Of a stretch of 64,000 nt of DNA, positions 53,908-62,628 are shown in pieces. Position 1 is the first letter of the stretch. Each line of letters opens with the position of its first letter. The DNA comes from a virus. Its lineage: Duplodnaviria > Caudoviricetes. The notes beneath the pieces were generated by a model. The model was given only the letters and a program-made list of their open reading frames with translations, ran no database searches and was not told where the DNA came from. Where the stretch lies: IMG/VR virus record IMGVR_UViG_3300028603_000002, positions 96,001-160,000 of that record, one strand, 5' to 3'. Made by a program: the position numbers and the translations under genes.

Positions 53908-56900
53908 TGTCTCTATCAAGATACGAAAATATAGAATCAATATTAAATTTAAATGAACCACAATATGGTTCGTTATATAGAGGCATTGATCTATCTTCTG
54001 TTGTGCATGAAAAGTATATTCCAAATGATTCAAAGATTGTTCAAAAACGTGCAGAAATGCACATATATACTTTCAATGGGGATTACCTTGCTAGCAATTA
54101 TGAAGCTGAATATCTAATAAGAGATGAATATACTAATAGTTTTTTAGTTGATATAAAAAAGGCATTTCAAGATTCTGGGATAATCAATGGTAGTTTTCTT
54201 GTAACAATAGGAATTTTTGAAGATATATTAGGGACACCACAATCCCCAGGATGCAGGTTAGTAGAAATAAGCCCGGAACAGGACGAGTTAAGATTACAAT
54301 TAGTTGATCAATCTAAATCAACAGAATTAGCTAATTTTAAGAAAGTAGTTGAAGCATTACAAGGTGCTAATATACTAAATCAATTAGTTGTTAATTTCGG
54401 AAAGAATAAAGTTCGAAAGATTCTAAATATAAAGTTTGATGATAAAAACATTTATATCAAACTATACAAACCATTTATAGACGATATCTTTGAAAAGGAA
54501 TTATGTTTCTTCTCAATAGAGTACATTGATCCTTATATAGATACTGTAATACTTGCATCTCCTGTAGATGGTGGGGAAGTAACTATACTACAACATCCTA
54601 ATTTCCATTTAGATGTTGATGAATATGTAAGTAATTCAACTGTTTATAAATCTTGGAATGAATTACTCGATGCCGATGCGCCAACTACTCAACGAATAAT
54701 AGATAGTTTCTTATCAGGTAGTGCAACAGCTACATTAAATGTAGATTATACTGACTTCAATAATTTCATATTCTATTCATCAGCAAAGGAAAGAATAGAT
54801 AATTTCAAATATAAGTTAGAATTATTTGAAGGATACCAAAAAACAATCACTACATTAAATCAGTCTACTGCTAGCAGTACACCGTGGGTTGCTGATTCTA
54901 TCACAATTAATCAAAAAAGAATTGATGTATTAAAGAGTACATTTGATCCATTTGAAAGATGGTTGTATTATCATGGAACAAGCAGTTTATTTACGCATGA
55001 TAGATCGGGTTCATTAACGCCATGGCCAAAATATATAGAAAATGGAAAATATGTACCACATCATACTACAAGTAGTATAGCAACAACTTGGTACAATAAA
55101 AATATATTCAGTGCTAGTGCATATGATGCTAGAAATTCTAATAGGTTATATTGGAGTATTCCTGAGCATGTAATAATGGATGAAAACAATAGTGATTATA
55201 CACTATTTGTTGAAATGGTTGCTCAACACTTTGATAATATCTACATGTATGTTAATGCGTTAACACAAATACATGAAAAGGATGAACACCCAGAACGAGG
55301 TCCTTCGGGAGAATTATTATACCACATTGCAAAAAGTTTTGGTTGGAAATTACAAAATACAAGAGAATTAAGTAATCTATGGCAATATAAATTAGGTACA
55401 GATCAGAGCGGCAGTTGGTCAAATACAGGCAGTTTACAAAGTACTCCAAGGGAAAATCAAACATATCAAGTCTGGAAGAGGATTGTAAATAACTTACCAT
55501 ATCTCCTAAAAACAAAAGGTACTGGAAGAAGTGTAAAGGCAATGATGTCTATATACGGGATTCCGAATACATTAATATCAATTAAGGAATATGGTGGCCC
55601 AAGTGTATCGCAAAATAAACCTTCTATAATTGAAGATAGATATTATTACAAATTACATTTTAGTGGTTCACAATACATTGAACTACCCAGAAGAGTTGTA
55701 CCTGCATCAAGTGGCAGTTGGCAAGGAGTTCAAAGAGTATCTGATAGTGTAATATTTAGATTTAATACTAACCACAGTTCTAGTGTTAGTATGAGTTTAT
55801 GGGCTATTGAAGATGGTTCAAATAGATCTGTTAATTCAAACTTAGAAGTAGTACATATATCAAACAAACAAAATGGAACAATTAGTTACTCAGGAAGCAA
55901 TGCTTATGGTTATTTAAGATTTAAATCAACTGCAAAGAGCGGAAGTGTTATAGTAAGCAGCAGTGTAGAATCTGCCTACTATCCATTCTTTGATAATGAT
56001 TCATGGTCAGTAAAGATAGAAACAACTCCAAGTCTAAATGAACATAATACAAGTGGCAGTGTATTAATTGATTTTGGTAAAATGAGTGATTGTTTGTATG
56101 GGAGAATAACTCATACAGGTAGTTTAGTATGGAGTAGTAGTTTTGATGTTGCTGAACAATGGAGTGCTAAATCATCTTCATTATCTTCATCTGATTATAT
56201 TGTATTAGGTGGTACGACTGGAAGTAATTCTAATAGATTCGTTGGTAATATTGATGGTTATAAAGAATACTTTACAAAGATAGATAAGGAGATATTTCAT
56301 CAGCATATTCTTAACCCTGCAGCATACTTTACAGAATCACCATCAGGAAGCTATTATAATTTACATCGTTATTTCCCCTTAGGATTGGATGTACAGCGTT
56401 GGAATCATAGTACCTATACTCAGGTATCAAGCAGTCACCCAAATAGAAATATAAGCTTCGATACAACCGCCAGTTTCTATAATTTCACTGGATCACAAGA
56501 AGTACAATATACATCAGCAGTAGAAACATTCTATGTATATGTTCCAACATTAGGTGGTAATGTTCTAAGAGGTGAAAAAATAAGACTCGAAGAGAATAAA
56601 TTAAGATATGATTTATCTCCTGATTCAAGAAGTGAATTATCACAATTCGATAAGTCTACAACAGATACAAATAGATTAGCAATTGTATTTGCACCATCAG
56701 ACCATGTGAATAGGGACATATACAACCACATGGGATTTGATGAGCTAGATGATTGGATAGCTGACCCTGAATATGAATTTTTAAGAGAGTATTCGGAATT
56801 AAAAAGATTCGGAAGAGAATACTGGCAAAAATACACGCAGAAGAATGATATAAATGCGTTCATTAGAATCTTCAGTGTTTTTGATTACACATTCTTCGAA

Positions 56901-57731
56901 CAAATAAAACAATTAGTACCTGCAAGAGCGAATCTAATAACTGGTATATTAATTGAACCAAATATTTTAGAAAGAAGTAAAGTAAAGTTAACAAGTTTAC
57001 CAAGCATTGAAACTCCTTCATATGAGAAGGAAATAAAACTATACAACCTAACTCAATCTGGTGAATACCCAGTATACGAGGGAGAATTAGCTAAGACAGG
57101 ATCATTCCATATAGATGATTGTTATTATACAGGAAGTCTACAAACAACAAGAAGTTTATACATAGATGATTGTTATTACACATCGAGTTTACAAAGTACA
57201 CATAGTGTATTTATGGATGATTGTGGATACAGTGGTAGTATAAAGAGATTCTATTCAATGAGCGCTTGTAGCAGACATCATTTTGATGCTACCGATATAT
57301 GTGGTTGTGGTTTGGGTGATACTATTAATATGATCATCATCAAATTCTCAGGTTCACAAGGAGAGACAGGATCTATTATTGATAAACATTTGGTGTATGG
57401 TCATGGAACACCAAAGTATTATAAAGTAATAGAACATTATGAAGCACAAGGTGCATTTACAAGTCTATATCAAAAGCATTGGATGACACATGTTTCAATG
57501 AGTTATAAAAAATACTATTCGAGGAGTTTAGAACCAACAAGTTACCAAATAGAAGAGGATAGCAGTAGGAATAATTCAAGGTTCTTAGGATCAAAGATAA
57601 GTAGCCCTGATATCAATGTAGACAGCAAGGATACAGTTGATGGAAGTCCTGTTGTGCAGGTTTGGGAAGTGAATCCAAACAATATTTATATTAGTGACGA
57701 GGATGTTGAAGGTAATTTGATAGTAGAATGA
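53907..57731 (+). CDS. Large virion (baseplate/tail) protein
   Basis: 1274 aa; NNLPYLLK.KGT..S...YGIP...I.EYGGP motif; internal (I/M)DDC.Y repeats. Confidence 0.65.
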   Translation: MSLSRYENIESILNLNEPQYGSLYRGIDLSSVVHEKYIPNDSKIVQKRAEMHIYTFNGDYLASNYEAEYLIRDEYTNSFLVDIKKAFQDSGIINGSFLVTIGIFEDILGTPQSPGCRLVEISPEQDELRLQLVDQSKSTELANFKKVVEALQGANILNQLVVNFGKNKVRKILNIKFDDKNIYIKLYKPFIDDIFEKELCFFSIEYIDPYIDTVILASPVDGGEVTILQHPNFHLDVDEYVSNSTVYKSWNELLDADAPTTQRIIDSFLSGSATATLNVDYTDFNNFIFYSSAKERIDNFKYKLELFEGYQKTITTLNQSTASSTPWVADSITINQKRIDVLKSTFDPFERWLYYHGTSSLFTHDRSGSLTPWPKYIENGKYVPHHTTSSIATTWYNKNIFSASAYDARNSNRLYWSIPEHVIMDENNSDYTLFVEMVAQHFDNIYMYVNALTQIHEKDEHPERGPSGELLYHIAKSFGWKLQNTRELSNLWQYKLGTDQSGSWSNTGSLQSTPRENQTYQVWKRIVNNLPYLLKTKGTGRSVKAMMSIYGIPNTLISIKEYGGPSVSQNKPSIIEDRYYYKLHFSGSQYIELPRRVVPASSGSWQGVQRVSDSVIFRFNTNHSSSVSMSLWAIEDGSNRSVNSNLEVVHISNKQNGTISYSGSNAYGYLRFKSTAKSGSVIVSSSVESAYYPFFDNDSWSVKIETTPSLNEHNTSGSVLIDFGKMSDCLYGRITHTGSLVWSSSFDVAEQWSAKSSSLSSSDYIVLGGTTGSNSNRFVGNIDGYKEYFTKIDKEIFHQHILNPAAYFTESPSGSYYNLHRYFPLGLDVQRWNHSTYTQVSSSHPNRNISFDTTASFYNFTGSQEVQYTSAVETFYVYVPTLGGNVLRGEKIRLEENKLRYDLSPDSRSELSQFDKSTTDTNRLAIVFAPSDHVNRDIYNHMGFDELDDWIADPEYEFLREYSELKRFGREYWQKYTQKNDINAFIRIFSVFDYTFFEQIKQLVPARANLITGILIEPNILERSKVKLTSLPSIETPSYEKEIKLYNLTQSGEYPVYEGELAKTGSFHIDDCYYTGSLQTTRSLYIDDCYYTSSLQSTHSVFMDDCGYSGSIKRFYSMSACSRHHFDATDICGCGLGDTINMIIIKFSGSQGETGSIIDKHLVYGHGTPKYYKVIEHYEAQGAFTSLYQKHWMTHVSMSYKKYYSRSLEPTSYQIEEDSSRNNSRFLGSKISSPDINVDSKDTVDGSPVVQVWEVNPNNIYISDEDVEGNLIVE

Positions 57732-57778
57732 TATTTATTTATAGATGTAGTTAATATTTATTAGTAGGAATACATGAA

Positions 57779-58090
57779 ATGAAGAAGAAACATATACTTG
57801 CTGAGAATTATGAAAGGTTCTTTAAAGATAGATTAGTGGAAGAAGGTCAGGTCCATGATTTTAAAAAAGTTGTGTTAAGTTTTTTAGAATATCCTTGGCA
57901 AGAAGATATAGAAATTGAAATAGTTGAAATGATATCTGAGTATGAACAAGAAATTAAAACATCGAGTTCCGCATTTGTCAAGAGTTATTTGAAAAGATTT
58001 ATTGAGGAAAATGATTTATTATCTGCAAGATATATGCAAACAATGAGTGATAAATTTATAGATGTATTGAATTATTTTGAAAATGCGTAA
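57779..58090 (+). CDS. Late hypothetical protein (ILAENYERFF leader)
   Basis: ATATTTAT twice upstream. Confidence 0.6.
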   Translation: MKKKHILAENYERFFKDRLVEEGQVHDFKKVVLSFLEYPWQEDIEIEIVEMISEYEQEIKTSSSAFVKSYLKRFIEENDLLSARYMQTMSDKFIDVLNYFENA

Positions 58091-58176
58091 AGTATTATAA
58101 AATAGTTAATATGTTTATATATAATAGAAAAAATAATATAAAAGACTAAATAGTTGAAAATTAAAGGATTACATAT

Positions 58177-58872
58177 ATGGGATATCTTTCGAATGCGTCT
58201 ATAACAATTGACGCCATTTTAACAAGAAAAGGCAGGGAGCTACTGGCACGCGGTAGAAACGAGTTTAACATTGCATTTTTTGCATTGGCAGATGATGAAG
58301 TAGATTACAGTTTATGGAACCCGGATCACCCTCTTGGCAGTGCTTACTACGGAACTGTAATTGAAAATATGCCAATTACAGAAGCAGTTCCTGATGAAAC
58401 AGTATCAATGAAATATAAACTGGTAACATTACCTAAGAAAACTATCAGAATACCAGTTGTATCTGTTCCAAATACTGCAATAACATTAACAGCAGGACAA
58501 GCAGATACAGTACGACCACAAACTATAAACTATTCAGATGGTAATAGTACATATGGTTATACTGCAGTATTGGCTGATAGCGATGTATGTATATTAGAAG
58601 TAGTGGAAGCTGCTAAAGGACAAATAGGTGATCCGAATACAATACCTTCACCAATTAGCGAATCTGAAGCAGGACAAGCAGTAACAGTCTCAGGAAGAGA
58701 ATTTAGAGTAAGAGCTAAAGGTGCAGTTACAGCAACTAAATCAACAACATTAACAATATATGGAAACGAGACAGGTGGATCAGTTGTAGTTAATATAACA
58801 GTTAAGAAACAAACATTAAATACAACACCTAATGTTCCGATAACAGGACAGCCTCCAATTTCATTACCATGA
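58177..58872 (+). CDS. Virion structural protein
   Basis: MGYL...DAILT.KGRELLA...FALADDEVDY; Ig-like C-terminal half. Confidence 0.65.
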   Translation: MGYLSNASITIDAILTRKGRELLARGRNEFNIAFFALADDEVDYSLWNPDHPLGSAYYGTVIENMPITEAVPDETVSMKYKLVTLPKKTIRIPVVSVPNTAITLTAGQADTVRPQTINYSDGNSTYGYTAVLADSDVCILEVVEAAKGQIGDPNTIPSPISESEAGQAVTVSGREFRVRAKGAVTATKSTTLTIYGNETGGSVVVNITVKKQTLNTTPNVPITGQPPISLP

Positions 58873-58937
58873 TGATAGGATATTAAGATATGAAAATTAC
58901 AATAATGCAATAAAATAAAAAATGAGAGAATATATAT

Positions 58938-60461
58938 ATGCCATTTGTATTTAACAACACACCAGGACAATATAATCCTGCTAATACATTAGCAACAGTG
59001 GATGCTAGTATTATATCAAAATTACAGGATGCTGGATATCAATTAACACCAGTGGGTGCCGGGGTTGATAATTTAAGAAACACACAAGGTGCTAGAAAAG
59101 AATTATTACCTGGAGCATCTGTTCCTGGTTATCAAGATTCTTCTGGTAATTTTTATGTTGTGGATGAAAGAAATACAATACACGATGTAAGAACATTGCC
59201 GGTACCACCAACAATGGGAATACCAGATGGCCCAACAAGACCACCTATATCAAACCCATTGCCGCCTTCTCCTGGCCCAATAAGCCCAACACCACCACAA
59301 GGCCCACCTCCTGGAGGAACTATTGGTAGTGGTAAGATATACTCGAGATTTGAGTCGGGAGACATTATTCCTAATCAACAAGAGACGGTAACAAGGGCAT
59401 TATGGTCAAATAATGTAGGAAATCTATTAACATTCTATACATCATCAGCACAAACAGCAACACAGAAGAGATATTATTATGAAATCTTTAATAGTGCATC
59501 TACAGCTTGCGGAGCGGAAGCACAATTTTCAGTTGCGTATGGTCACAGATTAGGTTCTGGTTCAGCAGATGAAGGTGGGCAGGTTAATGACACTCCATCC
59601 AGAGCAATATATGGGCAGTATCGTGGATTGTGTTTAGATGGAGATACAAAGAAATTTGTTATTGATGGTTCTTCTACTGATCACATTTATGTAATTAATG
59701 TGAATAGAGCAAGAATGCGTGAATATTTAGATGAAGGTAATATTGAAGTTAATATTGCTCATTTATCTGGTTCACAGTATGTTGCTGGTGGTAATGCAAA
59801 CGATACACATACTGGATCTGCAGTAAAATTAGCTGGTAATAGTAGAGTGATACGATTAATTGATGATAGTAAAATTAACTCAGCTACTGTAGGTACATCT
59901 GGTGAAGTATATAACATGGTATCTGGAAGTATTGAAGATGGTGTATATAATTCATCTAATCCACATATCTATGGATTAATGTATAGAAGATTAGGTATTA
60001 TTGTTTTCGATGCAAATAAATTAAACTTAAGTGCTAGTTTTGCGACAGTAACAGGATCAGAAGTGGCAGGGGATAATGCATTTAAGTTATATACAGCAAT
60101 GTCGGGCGCAGCATTATTTACAGATGCTAGCGGAGACAGATTAGGATTCCAAGGAAGAAGCGCAGAGAAAGTTAAATCAACTTATTACTTTTGTAGAATT
60201 AAGAATAGTGAATATAACTTCTCAAATAATCCAACATTTATTACTGGTAGTGAAGGTGATTTGGCACAACCAACATTTATCAACGATCCTAAAGTTTATA
60301 TAACAACAGTAGGATTATATACACCAAGAAAAGAATTAGTTGCAATAGCAAAAATAAGTAAGGCATTGAAGAAGAGCTTTACAAAGGAAGCACTTGTGCA
60401 AGTAAAATTGGATTTTGTTTGGGTTATTGGAATGATGAGTTTCTTGGGAATGGCATTATAA
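58938..60461 (+). CDS. Virion (tail/baseplate) protein, paralog of 60490-62625
   Basis: Shared C-terminal region ending VYIT.(V/I)GLY..RKEL.A..KISK. Confidence 0.65.
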   Translation: MPFVFNNTPGQYNPANTLATVDASIISKLQDAGYQLTPVGAGVDNLRNTQGARKELLPGASVPGYQDSSGNFYVVDERNTIHDVRTLPVPPTMGIPDGPTRPPISNPLPPSPGPISPTPPQGPPPGGTIGSGKIYSRFESGDIIPNQQETVTRALWSNNVGNLLTFYTSSAQTATQKRYYYEIFNSASTACGAEAQFSVAYGHRLGSGSADEGGQVNDTPSRAIYGQYRGLCLDGDTKKFVIDGSSTDHIYVINVNRARMREYLDEGNIEVNIAHLSGSQYVAGGNANDTHTGSAVKLAGNSRVIRLIDDSKINSATVGTSGEVYNMVSGSIEDGVYNSSNPHIYGLMYRRLGIIVFDANKLNLSASFATVTGSEVAGDNAFKLYTAMSGAALFTDASGDRLGFQGRSAEKVKSTYYFCRIKNSEYNFSNNPTFITGSEGDLAQPTFINDPKVYITTVGLYTPRKELVAIAKISKALKKSFTKEALVQVKLDFVWVIGMMSFLGMAL

Positions 60462-60489
60462 ACATTTTAAAAACGTGAGACGTATATAA

Positions 60490-62625
60490 GTGGCATTCAC
60501 AAATAAAAGATTTCCGACTCAATGGGAGAGAATAGGTGCTAGAAATAGGTACTTAAATGACCCGACATTAGAGCCTGTAGGTGGGGAGTACCCAACAACT
60601 ACTACACCCAATACTCCTGGATTAGGTACCGACGGTCCAAGAGGTCCTGAAGGATCATTACCTGAAGGTCCAAGAACTCCGGTTGGTCCTGGAAATCCTG
60701 GTGGAACAATACCATCAGGACCTTTAACACCCGAAGGTTGCGGTCCATGTGAGAAACAAGTCGTTGTAGAAAGATATGGAAAATATTTTTATGAATGTCA
60801 GCCAGTTACTTGCCCTCCTGGAACATATTTAGATCCTTATACTTGTGATTGTTTAGGTGCTCCTTGTTTACCAATGGATTGTGGACCTGGTACATTCTGG
60901 GATCAAAACCAATGTAGATGTATATCAGCACCTTGTTTGCCAGTAGATTGTGGACCTGGCTTTACGTGGGTTCAAAGTCGCTGTGAATGTATAAGTGATA
61001 AACCGGAATGTCCTAAATTAAGTGATTTTGGTAGAGTACTAGCACCAGCTGGAGAGAAATATAGAGATTCTATTAACAAAATGTTAGGGCAGGGAACTGG
61101 TACTAGATTTGCTCAATTAAATGAAGCATTTAAATCTGAGTTCATATCAAGAATGAGTTCAGCGGATCCTAATTCAGATTATAGATTCGAATGTACTAAC
61201 TATACTATATATGAATTCTTATGTAGCGATATTAATGTTAGATACACAAGAGTACCGGGTAGTAATCATGTAGTTGCTAAATTTGCGATTACTTCATTAG
61301 CCGATGTGTATTATGTTACTGATGGTGGTAGATTGTGTAAGTTAGTTCCTGCACCTAAAGGGTCAACACCCAAAGTTCCTAAGGGTGAAACACCTAAAGA
61401 AAAGGAATATGAGAAACCACATGGTGATCCTACATTACCACCGTATAATAATCCGGGCACAGATGATCTCCCACCACCAACTGGAGGACCTTTATATCCA
61501 CCAGGAAGACCAGTACCTCCAGGAGGTCCATTAGGAAGTGGTAAGATATTCACACGAATACCTCTTGATGATATGATCAAGAATAGACAAGAATGTATAA
61601 CCAGAGGGCTGTGGTCAGGAAATGTAGGAAACTTATTAACATTTCATACTTGTAGTACACAACATACAGCAAGTGGCAGATCACATTATGTTATTTATAG
61701 TAAGAAATGTGATGCATGTGCTGCATACCCAGAATTTGATATTGCTTATGGTCATGATGAAGGAAGTGGAAGTGTAGATCTTGGTGGATTTGATGATGAA
61801 ACACCTTCAAATGCTATATATGGTCAATATCGTGGTTTATGTTTAGAAGCAAATGAGAAGAGATTCACAATAGGTGATAAAAAAGCACATCATATTTATG
61901 TAATTAATGTGCGAAAAGATAGAATGAAGGATAAATTAGATGAGGGTAATATTGAAATTAACCTTGCTCATTTATCAGGATCAGAATTTATTGCAGGTGG
62001 CGGACCGGCATCAGCTCATACAGGAAGTAATGTAAAATTATCAGGAACTGGAAGAGTACTTCGATTAATAGATGATAGTAAGATTAATCCGGCAACTATT
62101 ACAAGTGCTGGTAGTATTTATAATGTTGTATCTGGAAGTATTGAAGATGGTGTATATAATTCATCTAATCCACATATCTATGGACAACTATATACTCAAT
62201 TAGGAGTTATTGTTTTAGATGCAGACAGGTTAGATTTATCAGCATCATTTGCTACAGTAGAAACTGTGGAAACTAATGGTGATAATGCAATGAAATTATT
62301 TACTGCTATGTCAGGTGCTGCATTATTAACTGATGCAAGTGGTGATAAATTAGGATTCCAGGCAAGACATAAAGATATACAGTATAATTCTTATTACTTT
62401 GTTCGAGTAAAAAATTCAGATTATAATTTTACAAATAATCCAACATATACAACAGGAAGTGAAGGGATGATTAGTGCTAAACTTGTTGGACATGAGAAAG
62501 TATATATTACACAGATTGGTTTATACAATGATAGAAAAGAATTATTAGCAGTAGGTAAAATAAGTAAACCGAAATTGAAATCATGTACTAGCGAAGCATT
62601 GTTTTGCGTAAATCTAAGATATTAA
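60490..62625 (+). CDS. Virion protein with Pro-rich and Cys-rich repeat N-terminus
   Basis: GTG start; C.PG..(W/L)....C.C x3; paralogous C-terminus. Confidence 0.65.
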   Translation: MAFTNKRFPTQWERIGARNRYLNDPTLEPVGGEYPTTTTPNTPGLGTDGPRGPEGSLPEGPRTPVGPGNPGGTIPSGPLTPEGCGPCEKQVVVERYGKYFYECQPVTCPPGTYLDPYTCDCLGAPCLPMDCGPGTFWDQNQCRCISAPCLPVDCGPGFTWVQSRCECISDKPECPKLSDFGRVLAPAGEKYRDSINKMLGQGTGTRFAQLNEAFKSEFISRMSSADPNSDYRFECTNYTIYEFLCSDINVRYTRVPGSNHVVAKFAITSLADVYYVTDGGRLCKLVPAPKGSTPKVPKGETPKEKEYEKPHGDPTLPPYNNPGTDDLPPPTGGPLYPPGRPVPPGGPLGSGKIFTRIPLDDMIKNRQECITRGLWSGNVGNLLTFHTCSTQHTASGRSHYVIYSKKCDACAAYPEFDIAYGHDEGSGSVDLGGFDDETPSNAIYGQYRGLCLEANEKRFTIGDKKAHHIYVINVRKDRMKDKLDEGNIEINLAHLSGSEFIAGGGPASAHTGSNVKLSGTGRVLRLIDDSKINPATITSAGSIYNVVSGSIEDGVYNSSNPHIYGQLYTQLGVIVLDADRLDLSASFATVETVETNGDNAMKLFTAMSGAALLTDASGDKLGFQARHKDIQYNSYYFVRVKNSDYNFTNNPTYTTGSEGMISAKLVGHEKVYITQIGLYNDRKELLAVGKISKPKLKSCTSEALFCVNLRY

Positions 62626-62628
62626 TGA

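Noticed and set aside
45090-61580. Antisense ORFs within the late block (e.g. 47676-48026, 53686-54033, 58557-58970, 61311-61580)
   Set aside because: They lie opposite well-supported + strand genes and show no motifs.
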